Shown: one piece after another, positions 34,112 through 43,208 of the stretch
How the letters are laid out: each line of letters begins with the position of its first letter
Numbering within the stretch: position 1 is the first letter of the stretch
Assembly (NCBI GenBank): GCA_002291925.1
Contig: DBAY01000057.1
Coordinates: forward strand, 5,194 to 69,193
Source of the DNA: Alphaproteobacteria bacterium UBA998
GTDB lineage: Bacteria > Pseudomonadota > Alphaproteobacteria > Rickettsiales > UBA998
Length of the DNA stretch: 64,000 nucleotides
Direction: 5' to 3'
Notes under the pieces: generated by a model
Told to the model about the DNA's origin: nothing
The model's database searches: none
What the model saw: only the letters and a program-made list of their open reading frames with translations
Made by a program: the position numbers and the translations under genes

Positions 34112-35335
34112 ATGTTTGAAGGTTTCCGCAAGCTGTTTACGGCCGAGGATTGGATGCCGGCGCGCCGCGTCCTGCAGCGCGATGCCGACTGGTGGAACAA
34201 GCTTCGCAATGATTGCTCCCTGCGCTTCGGTTTCATGGCGCAGAAGGACCTCTCCGGCAAGAAGCTCGATATCGGCGAGAATACGCTTTACCAGTTCGGC
34301 AGCGGGCGGTTCATTTCGCACCAGCTCTCGGAAGAGGGCAGACCCGTCTGCCAGATGATCGTGGCGAGCGCCGGGCATAACCAGGTCTATCTCGCCATTT
34401 CGCGCCTGCTGGGGACGCGTGACATCATAAATCTCTTCGCCGAGGACGAATTCGCCGCCCTGCCGGATCTCAGCCGCTTCACGAAGCTCTACGTGCGCGA
34501 GCATACGCCCGGCGTGAAGGACTGGGTGACCATGCAATACCACCGCCGCATCGACGGCGTGCGTGGGCAGAAAACCACCACGGCCGGCACCCGTACCTTT
34601 AGCTATTTCCTCTTTGTCAGCGAGGCCAATGACAAGGCGTTGGAAATTGAGTGGTTCGATGACGGGGAGTATGAAGTCTACGCAACCGTCTACCGGCCTG
34701 TCTCTGACATCGTGCAGGTGAATCACGAGCGCCGCGCCCAGCCGCGGGTTTCCGCCGCCGCGCAAGCGACGGGGCAGGGGCCGCGCCTGCAGGCCTCCGA
34801 GCCGCAGGGCCCGAGCGCTGAAATCATCTCGCTGGCCGAGGTCAAGAAAGAGGCCGAGCCTGCCGTGGCCGAACTGGCGGATGCCTGGACGGAGGAAGAG
34901 GTGCCATCGGAAGAGATGGCGCCGGAGGAGGCGGTTGAGGAAACCACCATCTCCCGCCTGCCCAGCGTGGAGGCGGAAGATTTGCCCTCCGTGGCGACGT
35001 TTACGCCGCGTGATTTGCGGTCGCAGGCGGTAGGCGACGATGCCAGCCTTACCTGCAATATCCGCGTGGCGGCGAAAATCATCGATGAAGCGCTGCGTAA
35101 TGACATGCAGCTGGTGGATATCGTCCGCCGCGTGCTGGGGCTGCCGGTGGCGATCAGCGAGTCCATCAATTTCCACCTCCCGCTGACCGAGCAGGATTAC
35201 CGCACGCTCGCCGACCGCTATGGGGTATCGCCGCAGGACCGGGAAGCCATCCGCGAGTATATCATCGAAGATTTGATTGATTTCACCGGTGAGCGCGAGG
35301 CGATGGAGCGTCCGCGCCGCGCGAGCCACGGGTAA
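34112..35335 (+). CDS. hypothetical protein (407 aa): N-terminal domain, acidic linker, C-terminal helical domain
   Basis: Clean ORF whose stop abuts the gloB start (TAAATG). I recognise no family. Confidence 0.6.
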   Translation: MFEGFRKLFTAEDWMPARRVLQRDADWWNKLRNDCSLRFGFMAQKDLSGKKLDIGENTLYQFGSGRFISHQLSEEGRPVCQMIVASAGHNQVYLAISRLLGTRDIINLFAEDEFAALPDLSRFTKLYVREHTPGVKDWVTMQYHRRIDGVRGQKTTTAGTRTFSYFLFVSEANDKALEIEWFDDGEYEVYATVYRPVSDIVQVNHERRAQPRVSAAAQATGQGPRLQASEPQGPSAEIISLAEVKKEAEPAVAELADAWTEEEVPSEEMAPEEAVEETTISRLPSVEAEDLPSVATFTPRDLRSQAVGDDASLTCNIRVAAKIIDEALRNDMQLVDIVRRVLGLPVAISESINFHLPLTEQDYRTLADRYGVSPQDREAIREYIIEDLIDFTGEREAMERPRRASHG

Positions 35336-36097
35336 ATGACCGCCTTCCGTGCCAAGGACGCAGGCCCTTGGGAGGTATGGATAATTCCCGCACTGAAAGA
35401 CAATTACATCTACGGCCTCATCCACGCGGATACCGGCCATGCCGTGTTAGTAGACCCCGGTGAAAATACCCATGTAATTTCATGGTTGCAGTCTTGCAAG
35501 ATTGTTTCCCTGCACACCATCCTTTTAACGCATCATCACGGTGACCACACGGCCGCAACGGCCGCGCTGAAAGCCGCCTATGGGGGGCACGTGGTTGGCG
35601 CTGCCGCCGATGCGCACCGCCTGCCGCCGCTTGATAGGCCGGTTTCAGAAGGGGAGCGTTTCACGCTTTCCGGCGAGGACGTGCAGGTGCTGGCCATCCC
35701 CGGCCATACGCTGGGGCATGTGGCGTATTACCTGCCTTCCGCCGATTTGCTCTTTTGTGGAGATACGCTTTTCTCGCTCGGATGCGGTAGGCTTTTTGAG
35801 GGCACCCCCGCCCAGATGCTCGCCAGCCTGCAGCGCCTTGCCGCCCTGCCAGACGAGACATGGGTATGCTGCGGCCATGAATATACACTGGACAATGCCC
35901 GCTTTGCCCTTACCGTTGAGCCTGGAAACCCGGACCTGATCCAGCGCCAGCAGGAAGCCGCCGCCTTGCGCGCGCAGGGACTGCCGACGCTTCCCGCCCG
36001 GCTCGGCATGGAAAAACGGGCCAATCCCTTCCTGCGCACCGGAGGAGACGTGGCCCGTTTTGCTGAATTGCGCGCCCAGAAGGACGCGTTTCGCTAA
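35336..36097 (+). CDS. gloB: hydroxyacylglutathione hydrolase (glyoxalase II)
   Basis: THHHGDH metallo-beta-lactamase motif, GHTLGH, and a C-terminal NPFLR. Confidence 0.85.
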   Translation: MTAFRAKDAGPWEVWIIPALKDNYIYGLIHADTGHAVLVDPGENTHVISWLQSCKIVSLHTILLTHHHGDHTAATAALKAAYGGHVVGAAADAHRLPPLDRPVSEGERFTLSGEDVQVLAIPGHTLGHVAYYLPSADLLFCGDTLFSLGCGRLFEGTPAQMLASLQRLAALPDETWVCCGHEYTLDNARFALTVEPGNPDLIQRQQEAAALRAQGLPTLPARLGMEKRANPFLRTGGDVARFAELRAQKDAFR

Positions 36098-36103
36098 TCC
36101 CTA

Positions 36104-38167
36104 CTAGCCAAAGATGAAGTCCGTGGCGTCCAGCGTCGTGCGGTGGTCGCCTTCCAGCCCGATCTCAAACCCCGTCTGGTCACTGCGGATGAAGGTGCGA
36201 TTAGTGGTCTCGCTGTAGGCGATACGCAATTGGCCCGCCGCTGTGCTGGTGCCACTGACAAGCGCCGTGAAACCTAGGCCACTGAGGTCAATCTGGTCTT
36301 CGCCATGCGTGAAGTCCGTGATGCGATCCCACAGGTTGGTGCCGCGTTGTGAGTCGCTCAGCAGGACGAACTTGAACACATCCACGCCCGGTCCGCCTGT
36401 GAGCACGTCGCCACCCGCACCACCGATCAGCGTGTCGTTGCCACCGCCACCACTGAGGGTGTCGCGGCCACCAAAGCCGCTCAGTGTTTCGTTTCGATTG
36501 CCGCCGGTCAGGACATCACCGCCTGAGGTGCCATTGATGGCCACGGGCGCCTCCGTGCCGAAGATGAAGTTGCCGGCTGTCAACTTGCCTCGATAATCGC
36601 CACCCTCTAGTGCTACCTCGAAGGTAGACTGATCACTGCGCACAAACGTCCTGTTGGTGGCCTCGCTGTAGGCAAGGCGCAGTTCGCTGCTCAGGGTGCG
36701 TGTGGCGCTGGTGAGGCCGGTGAAACCAAGACCCGACAGGTCGAGCTTATCTTCAGCGGCATTGAAATCCATAATGCGATCCCACGATCCGCTGAATTCC
36801 TGGCTATCTGTAACATTGCTGTACTTGAAGACATCCGAGCCGGTACCGCCGATCAGCATATCACGTCCAGTGCCCCCCTCCAGTGTATCATTGCCGCCGC
36901 GGCCATTAAGCAGGTCATTGCCGGCAAAGCCAAAGAGCTTTTCCCCAATGTTGCTGCCGGCTAGCGAATCGATTTGTGCGGTGCCGATGACGTCCGCGCC
37001 GGTGGCCGGAGTATCGGGGACGTAAGTGCTGTCGGAGGCCAGAATCAGTGCATCTCCATTGCGCATGCCATCGATCTCGTTACCGGTAACAATGGTTTTG
37101 CCAGTACCGAAGGTGGTGAATTCACGCACGCCATAGAGCGCGCGGTTGGCGCCGTCAGCGTAAATCACGTTGTTGATGATCTGGTTATTCAGCGAGGCAT
37201 AGGTTTCTTGCGCCGCGCCGTCAGTATCATCATAGCCTTCCACGCGTACTTCGTCGAAGCGGCCAGTGCCTATCTGGGAGTTATTGTAAATGCGGTTGTT
37301 TTCTATGATGTTGCCTGTACCGCCCTGAATACGCACTCCGTTGCCGCCATTATCGAAAATATCGTTATCGCGCACCGTGACATTGCTCGACATCTTGATC
37401 ACCACGCCTTCGCGGGCGTTATCGTAGAACCGGTTGCCTTCCAGAAGAATGTTGGTCGGCCACGGGATATCGAAGCTTCCGCGCTGGATTGTGGCGCCGC
37501 TGGAGCCGTTGCCGTAGGCCACATTATTGCGCAGCACGAAATCATTAGTGCTGGTGACGATATTGAAGCCGTGCCGGTCGTTATTGTAGGCGACGTTGTT
37601 CTCAAAGACACTATCAACCTGAAAGTCTGCCACAAACCCGTCAAGCCCGTTGCCGTGGGAGACGCTGTCTCGGATAGTCATGTTGATCGTGGTCTCGTGG
37701 GGATCGAAGCCGTAGCCAGAGCAGTCCTTGATCTCGATACGTTGCAGAGTGATGTTCTGGTCAAACCCGTTCGGGTTGCCTGGGATATAGCCATTGAACC
37801 AGCCATCCACCTTGCCGTCGGTGGCGACACGGTTGCCATCGAGCGTCAGGTCACGTACTGAAACATTTTCAGTGTTGCCGCCATAAGGTGTACGCATGAT
37901 ACCGGTCATGCCGCCTGTGTAACCGTCCATTACCTTGATAATCGTTTGCCCCATGCCCTCACCAACTATCTCAGTATTGTCGCGAATCTGGAGCCCCGCA
38001 TAGGTAGGCTTGGTTCCTGACGCCGGAGCAATGGAATAAACGCCTTTCGGGATGAAAACAGTTCCTCCGCCCGCGTTAAAAGCGGCATCCAGCGCCGCTT
38101 GGATGGCGGCGCGGTCATTGGTGGCGCCATTACCAATGGCACCGAAGTCACGAACGTTGAAAATCAT
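36104..38167 (-). CDS. AlgE-type mannuronan C5-epimerase-like protein: beta-helix A-module plus two RTX/serralysin-C-type R-modules
   Basis: The N-terminus FNVRDFGAIGNGATNDRAAIQAALDAA, KVDGWFNGYIPG, GYGFDPHETTINMTIRDSV and NNDRHGFNIVTSTNDFVLRNNVAYGNG match my recollection of A. vinelandii AlgE A-modules. GGxGxD nonapeptides (GGNDTLEGGTGRDMLIGGTGSDVF; GGRDTLSGGGGNDTLIGGAGGDVLTGGPGVDVF) occur twice. There is no N-terminal signal peptide. Confidence 0.8.
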   Translation of the reverse strand: MIFNVRDFGAIGNGATNDRAAIQAALDAAFNAGGGTVFIPKGVYSIAPASGTKPTYAGLQIRDNTEIVGEGMGQTIIKVMDGYTGGMTGIMRTPYGGNTENVSVRDLTLDGNRVATDGKVDGWFNGYIPGNPNGFDQNITLQRIEIKDCSGYGFDPHETTINMTIRDSVSHGNGLDGFVADFQVDSVFENNVAYNNDRHGFNIVTSTNDFVLRNNVAYGNGSSGATIQRGSFDIPWPTNILLEGNRFYDNAREGVVIKMSSNVTVRDNDIFDNGGNGVRIQGGTGNIIENNRIYNNSQIGTGRFDEVRVEGYDDTDGAAQETYASLNNQIINNVIYADGANRALYGVREFTTFGTGKTIVTGNEIDGMRNGDALILASDSTYVPDTPATGADVIGTAQIDSLAGSNIGEKLFGFAGNDLLNGRGGNDTLEGGTGRDMLIGGTGSDVFKYSNVTDSQEFSGSWDRIMDFNAAEDKLDLSGLGFTGLTSATRTLSSELRLAYSEATNRTFVRSDQSTFEVALEGGDYRGKLTAGNFIFGTEAPVAINGTSGGDVLTGGNRNETLSGFGGRDTLSGGGGNDTLIGGAGGDVLTGGPGVDVFKFVLLSDSQRGTNLWDRITDFTHGEDQIDLSGLGFTALVSGTSTAAGQLRIAYSETTNRTFIRSDQTGFEIGLEGDHRTTLDATDFIFG

Positions 38168-38349
38168 CTATAGACTCCATGTTAATGTATCGTGGGAAAT
38201 GTTAAGAGCGCATAGGGTTGAAGCGCTGTAACGTTTAATTAAAGACATGAGGTCGTCTAAATAATCCCATTAATTGCAGAAAGCCTTTATTAAAGAGTCG
38301 TAAAGACTCTGATTATCAACAATATAGTTTTAACGTAAATTAGCTTCAA

Positions 38350-38435
38350 TGGTGCCCGCGGCCGGACTCGAACCGGCACGCCCCGAGGAGCAACGGATTT
38401 TAAGTCCGTAGCGTCTACCATTCCGCCACGCGGGC
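38350..38435 (-). tRNA. tRNA-Leu (anticodon TAA)
   Basis: The reverse complement is GCCCGCGTGGCGGAATGGTAGACGCTACGGACTTAAAATCCGTTGCTCCTCGGGGCGTGCCGGTTCGAGTCCGGCCGCGGGCACCA. Confidence 0.9.
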
Positions 38436-38614
38436 AATGATGCCAACCCAAAAGCCACAAGCGGCGCGAAAAAAGACATCTTTGTGACAATATGTCCGGG
38501 CCGGATTGAGGCTTCGGGAAGCGCTGTGTATATATCCGTATGTTCCGGCCTATGGCAAATGAATATCGGGTGCCATAAAGCCGCATGTACATGTTTACCG
38601 CAAGGAGTTTACGC

Positions 38615-39250
38615 ATGAAGAAACTTTCTCTCGCCCTGGCCGCAGCGCTCAGCCTGCTCGCCGTATCCGCCGAAGCGCAGCAGCGCACTTGGCCGAACTG
38701 GTATGTTGGCATCCACGCCCGCATGGCATGGGTGGAAGACACGGACGTCACCCTGGGTAACACGAATATTGGCGATGCTTCGTTCGATAATGGCTACGGC
38801 GGCGGCGCCTCGCTGGGCTACATGCCAGGCGGCGACGGTTTCTTCAACCATACCCGCTTCGAGTTGGAATATTCCTTCAATCAGGCAGACATTGACACCA
38901 TTGCCGGTGTTTCCGCTGGTAAGGACCTGCGCGTGCACAGCTACATGGTGAACGCTTTCTACGATATCCCGACCGGCACCAGCATCGTGCCCTACATCGG
39001 TGCGGGCGCAGGTCTGGCGCGGGTTGACCTCGACGTACCCGGCATCGGCCTGAACGAAAATGACAGCGTATTCGCCTACCAGTTCATGGGTGGCCTTGGC
39101 TACACGCCGTCCACTGTGCCCAACACGACCCTCACCGTGGGTTACCGTTACTTCGCCAGCGACGACCCTTCGTTCGGCCTCGGCGCTACCACTGTTGAGC
39201 ACGAGCTGAGCTCGCACAATGTGGAAGTCGGCGCGCGCTTCGCGTTCTGA
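38615..39250 (+). CDS. small outer-membrane beta-barrel protein
   Basis: MKKLSLALAAALSLLAVSAEA signal peptide, alternating aromatic/Gly strands and a terminal ...VGARFAF. Confidence 0.7.
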   Translation: MKKLSLALAAALSLLAVSAEAQQRTWPNWYVGIHARMAWVEDTDVTLGNTNIGDASFDNGYGGGASLGYMPGGDGFFNHTRFELEYSFNQADIDTIAGVSAGKDLRVHSYMVNAFYDIPTGTSIVPYIGAGAGLARVDLDVPGIGLNENDSVFAYQFMGGLGYTPSTVPNTTLTVGYRYFASDDPSFGLGATTVEHELSSHNVEVGARFAF

Positions 39251-39275
39251 TGCCAAACACGTAAACCATGCTTTG

Positions 39276-39306
39276 GGGGCAGATGGCAGCATCTGCCCCT
39301 TATTTT
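39276..39306 (+). terminator. intrinsic terminator after the OMP gene
   Basis: A 10-bp stem GGGGCAGATG/CATCTGCCCC with loop GCAG, followed by TTATTTTA. Confidence 0.65.
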
Positions 39307-40077
39307 ATGCAGAACCTTTCACTCAGCCCTGATAATGTGCTTCTCTTCGCGGACCGCGTGACCGTGCAACGCGATGGCAGGCGCGTGCTGGACCAGGTCA
39401 GCCTCACACTGAAGCCGGGGCAGCATCTTACCCTCATTGGTCCGAACGGCGCGGGCAAGACTCTCCTGCTGAAAGTGCTGCTCGGTCTTGCCCAGCCCAC
39501 GGAGGGGAAGGTGGAGCGCCGGCAGGGGCTGCGCATTGGCTACATGCCGCAGGCGCTGGAACTCAGCCCGCTGATGCCCATTACGGTGGAGTATTTCCTC
39601 CAGCTTGCCTCCGGGGCGGACGCGGCGGCTATCGAGGCGGCGCTGCACCTTACCGAGGCCTATGCGCTCACCCACCGCTCCATGCACCAGCTCTCCGGCG
39701 GCGAGCGCCAGCGCGTGCTGCTGGCCCGCGCCCTGCTGCGCCAGCCCGACCTGCTGCTGCTGGACGAGCCGGGCCAGAACATGGACGTTGCCGGGCAGCT
39801 CGCCATGTATGCGCTGATCCGCCGCATTCAGCAGGAGCGGAGCTGCGCCGTGCTGATGGTGTCGCACGATCTGCATTTCGTGATGCGCCAGACGGATCAG
39901 GTCATCTGCCTGTTCCATCATATCTGCTGCTCCGGCAAGCCGCAGGACATCGTGCAGGATCAGGCCTTCACCCAGATTTTCGGCCCGCAAATCGCCGAAG
40001 TGCTCGGTTATTACCATCACCATCATGGCCACACGCACGAGCATTTCCCCGGCCATGACTGCGCGGAGCATGCATGA
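39307..40077 (+). CDS. znuC: zinc ABC transporter ATP-binding protein with His-rich C-terminal tail
   Basis: GPNGAGKT, LSGGERQR and LLLLDEP motifs, with the tail YYHHHHGHTHEHFPGHDCAEHA. The listed start 39268 lies inside the terminator hairpin, so the start was moved to the ATG at 39307 (still uncertain). Confidence 0.8.
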   Translation: MQNLSLSPDNVLLFADRVTVQRDGRRVLDQVSLTLKPGQHLTLIGPNGAGKTLLLKVLLGLAQPTEGKVERRQGLRIGYMPQALELSPLMPITVEYFLQLASGADAAAIEAALHLTEAYALTHRSMHQLSGGERQRVLLARALLRQPDLLLLDEPGQNMDVAGQLAMYALIRRIQQERSCAVLMVSHDLHFVMRQTDQVICLFHHICCSGKPQDIVQDQAFTQIFGPQIAEVLGYYHHHHGHTHEHFPGHDCAEHA

Positions 40078-40874
40078 CGTCGCTCACGCTCTTTCTCTAT
40101 CCCATTCTGGCCGCGCTGGCACTGGCGCTGGTGGCCGGGCCCATCGGCTGCTTCGTCAACTGGCGGCGCATGGCGTTCTACAGTGATACGCTCTCGCACG
40201 CGGCGCTGCTCGGCATCGCACTCGGACTGCTGGCCGGGGTCGGGGCGCTGTGTGGCGTGGTGGGCATGGCAATCCTCGCGAGCCTTGCCCTGCTGCTGCT
40301 TCAGCGCAAGACGCAACTGGCCTCGGATGCGCTGCTGGCCATTCTCGCGCAGGCCGCGCTGGCGGCGGGGATCCTCATCATCTACCTGCAACCGCGCCTG
40401 CAGGTGAATCTCTACGGCTTCCTGTTCGGCGACGTGCTGGCCATCTCGGAGGAAGATGCGCTGGCCCTGCTTGCCTGCGGCGCGGCCGTGCTTCTCGCGC
40501 TGCTGGCATGGTGGCGGCCGCTTTTGCTGGTGACCCTGCATGAGGAGCTGGCGCAGGCGGAGGGCATCCCGGTCGGGCGCCTGCAGGCGCTGCTCATGCT
40601 GCTGATCGCGCTCACTGTCGCCACCGGCATTTACGTGGCGGGGGTGATGATGGTGTCCTCCCTGCTGGTGATTCCCGCCGCGACGGCGCGGGCCTTCGCG
40701 CGCACGCCCCGCGGCATGGCACTGGGCGCGGCGGTGCTTGGTGTTGCAAGCGTCGGGGCGGGACTGACGGCCTCTTTCCAGCATGATCTGCCGCCCGGTT
40801 CCTCCATCGTGCTGGCGGCCAGCGCGCTGTTCATCCTCGCGCAGTTGTGGCAGCGCGTACACCGCACCACATAA
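40074..40874 (+). CDS. znuB: zinc ABC transporter permease
   Basis: Polytopic ABC-3 type permease. Its start overlaps the znuC stop as ATGA. Confidence 0.85.
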   Translation: MTSLTLFLYPILAALALALVAGPIGCFVNWRRMAFYSDTLSHAALLGIALGLLAGVGALCGVVGMAILASLALLLLQRKTQLASDALLAILAQAALAAGILIIYLQPRLQVNLYGFLFGDVLAISEEDALALLACGAAVLLALLAWWRPLLLVTLHEELAQAEGIPVGRLQALLMLLIALTVATGIYVAGVMMVSSLLVIPAATARAFARTPRGMALGAAVLGVASVGAGLTASFQHDLPPGSSIVLAASALFILAQLWQRVHRTT

Positions 40875-40975
40875 GCCGGAAAATCGCGGTCTGGCGGGCC
40901 CAAAAGGGTTGCATCGTGCGGCATGCTGTGCCATGACAGGGCTCTGTTATCTTTTATCATTTACGGAACCCTCAC

Positions 40976-42445
40976 ATGGCGCAGGCAATGCAGATTAAAG
41001 AAAAGGAAAACAAAGGGCTGAAGCGGTCGTTCGCGATCGTTGTTCCCGCCGCGGAAATTGAAAAGGAAGTCGGCAAGCAGCTGCAGCAAGTCAGCCGCAA
41101 CGTGAAGATTCCGGGCTTCCGCCCCGGCAAGGTGCCTGAGCAGGTGCTGCGCAAGCGCTACGGCCAGTCCGTGATGGGTGATGTCATCAACAGCGCCGTC
41201 AACAACGCCACCAGCGAAGTGCTGGAGCAAAACAAGCTCACCCCCGCGCTGCAGCCGGACGTGAAGATCACCCAGTTCGAGGAAGGCGGCGATCTCTGCT
41301 TCGACATGGAGTTGGAGGTGATGCCGGAATCCCCCACGCTCGACCTCGGCAAGATCGAGATCGAGAAGCCGGTTGCTGAAGTGGAAGAAGAGAAAATCAC
41401 CGAGGCGCTGCAACGTATCGCCACCAGCAACCGCGACGTGAAAGAGAAGAAGGAAGGCACCAAGGCCGCCAAGGGCGACATCGTGCGCATCGACTTCAAA
41501 GGCTTCCTCGGCGATGATCCGTTTGCCGGCGGCGAGGGCAAGAACTTCAACCTGGAGCTCGGCTCCGGTCAGTTCATCCCCGGCTTCGAGGACCAACTCA
41601 TCGGCGCGAAGGCGGGCGATGACGTCACCGTCAACGTGACCTTCCCGAAAGACTACCACTCCGAAGACCTCAAGGGCAAAAAGACCCGCTTCGAGGTGAA
41701 AGTGCATGCCGTGCTGGAGCCGGTGGAGCCGGAGCTGAACGATGAGTTCGCACAGGGCCTCGGCATGGAGTCGCTGGAGAAGCTGAAGGAAGCCATCCGC
41801 CAGTCCATCTCGCGCGACTACGACATGCTGGCCCGCAACCGCATGAAGAAGCACCTCTTCGACGAGCTGGACAAGAAAGCCAAGTTCGACGTGCCGGCCG
41901 GCATGATGAAGCTGGAGTTCGATTCCATCTGGGCGCAGGTCGAGCAGGCCAAGAAGGCGGGCGACCCCGCTGTGAAAGGCAAATCCGACGCCGCGTTGAA
42001 AAAGGAATACGAAGCCATTGCCGATCGCCGCGTGCGCCTCGGCATCTATCTCTCGCAGACCGCGGGCCGCAATAACCTCACCGTGGATCGCAGCGATCTT
42101 TCCAAAGCGGTGATGGATCAGGCGCGCCAGTATCCGGGGCAGGAGAGTAAGATCATCGAGTTCTACCAGAAGCACCCGGAACAGCTCGCCGAGCTGCGCG
42201 GCCCGATTCTGGAGGACAAAGCCGTCGACTTCATCCTCACCCAGGTGAAGCTGAAGGACAAGAAAATGACGCTGGAAGCCCTCATGGAGGAGCAGGAGAG
42301 CGAGAGCTTCGCCATGACCCCCTCCGACCATGACGCGGAAGGCCATGTGCATGGCCCGGACTGCAACCACGATCATGATCACGGTGAGGAAAAGCCGAAG
42401 AAAGCTACAGCCAAGAAAACGGCTGCCAAGAAGAAATCCGATTAA
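40976..42445 (+). CDS. tig: trigger factor with C-terminal His/Asp/Cys-rich and Lys-rich extension
   Basis: MQIKEKENKGLKRSFAIVVPAAEIE..., GFRPGKVP and the FKBP-type middle domain. The tail is DHDAEGHVHGPDCNHDHDHGEEKPKKATAKKTAAKKKSD. Confidence 0.9.
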   Translation: MAQAMQIKEKENKGLKRSFAIVVPAAEIEKEVGKQLQQVSRNVKIPGFRPGKVPEQVLRKRYGQSVMGDVINSAVNNATSEVLEQNKLTPALQPDVKITQFEEGGDLCFDMELEVMPESPTLDLGKIEIEKPVAEVEEEKITEALQRIATSNRDVKEKKEGTKAAKGDIVRIDFKGFLGDDPFAGGEGKNFNLELGSGQFIPGFEDQLIGAKAGDDVTVNVTFPKDYHSEDLKGKKTRFEVKVHAVLEPVEPELNDEFAQGLGMESLEKLKEAIRQSISRDYDMLARNRMKKHLFDELDKKAKFDVPAGMMKLEFDSIWAQVEQAKKAGDPAVKGKSDAALKKEYEAIADRRVRLGIYLSQTAGRNNLTVDRSDLSKAVMDQARQYPGQESKIIEFYQKHPEQLAELRGPILEDKAVDFILTQVKLKDKKMTLEALMEEQESESFAMTPSDHDAEGHVHGPDCNHDHDHGEEKPKKATAKKTAAKKKSD

Positions 42446-42469
42446 TCGCTTAAGGTGAAGAGAACCTCT

Positions 42470-43156
42470 ATGTTTCCAGTTCCACAAATCCGCCACCCCG
42501 AACAAATGGCCGACGTCTATGCCGACCTCGTGCCGATGGTCGTCGAGCAGACCAGCCGCGGCGAGCGCGCCTATGACATCTTCTCGCGCCTGCTGAAGGA
42601 GCGCATCATCTTCCTCACCGGTCCCGTGCATGACGGCATGGCGGTGCTGGCAGTGGCGCAGCTGCTCTTCCTCGAGTCCGAAAACCCGGACAAGGACATC
42701 TACATGTACATCAACTCGCCCGGCGGCGTGGTGACCGCGGGCCTCAGCATCTATGACACGATGCAGTATATCCGCCCGAAAGTGGCCACGCTCTGCATTG
42801 GCCAGGCGGCCTCGATGGGCTCGCTGCTGCTGTGCGCTGGCGAGGCGGGCATGCGCTTTGCCACGCCGAACGCGCGCATCATGATCCACCAGCCCTCCGG
42901 AGGCTTCCAGGGCCAGGCGTCGGACATCGAGATTCATGCGCGTGAAATCTTGAATCTCCGCAAGCGCCTGAACGATATTTACGTCAAGCACACGGGCCAG
43001 AAGCTCTCCAACGTCGAGAAAGCCATGGAGCGCGACAACTTCATGCCCCCCGAAGACGCCCAGCGCTTCGGCCTCATCGACTCCATCGTCTCCAGCCGCG
43101 CCGAAGCCGACAAAAAGACGGGCGCCGATAAGGATAAAGGTGAGAAGAAAGAGTAG
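42470..43156 (+). CDS. clpP: ATP-dependent Clp protease proteolytic subunit
   Basis: [38 protein letters not shown] and IMIHQP. The start could be 42455, 42470 or 42506. Confidence 0.9.
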   Translation: MFPVPQIRHPEQMADVYADLVPMVVEQTSRGERAYDIFSRLLKERIIFLTGPVHDGMAVLAVAQLLFLESENPDKDIYMYINSPGGVVTAGLSIYDTMQYIRPKVATLCIGQAASMGSLLLCAGEAGMRFATPNARIMIHQPSGGFQGQASDIEIHAREILNLRKRLNDIYVKHTGQKLSNVEKAMERDNFMPPEDAQRFGLIDSIVSSRAEADKKTGADKDKGEKKE

Positions 43157-43163
43157 GTTTTAA

Positions 43164-43196
43164 TCCCCGGTAGGCTTGCTTACCGGGGATTTTTAC
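43164..43196 (+). terminator. intrinsic terminator after clpP
   Basis: A 10-bp stem ATCCCCGGTA/TACCGGGGAT with an 8-nt loop, followed by TTTTT. Confidence 0.7.
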
Positions 43197-43208
43197 ATCG
43201 GAATTTTT

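Noticed and set aside
36104-38167. Type I secretion or alginate operon around the AlgE-like gene
   Set aside because: I looked on both sides. The neighbours are gloB, a tRNA, a small OMP and znuCB, and no ABC exporter, MFP or alg genes are in the window.
38290-38763. 157-aa minus-strand ORF
   Set aside because: It overlaps tRNA-Leu(TAA) and the 5' end of the OMP gene and has no coding-like features.
39268-39306. ATG at 39268 as the znuC start
   Set aside because: These codons lie inside the terminator hairpin of the upstream OMP gene.
40961-42991. 676-aa ORF on the minus strand spanning tig and clpP
   Set aside because: It lies antisense to two unmistakable housekeeping genes. Its translation is the Arg/Ala/Gly/His/Leu-rich shadow typical of GC-rich DNA and has no recognisable motifs.
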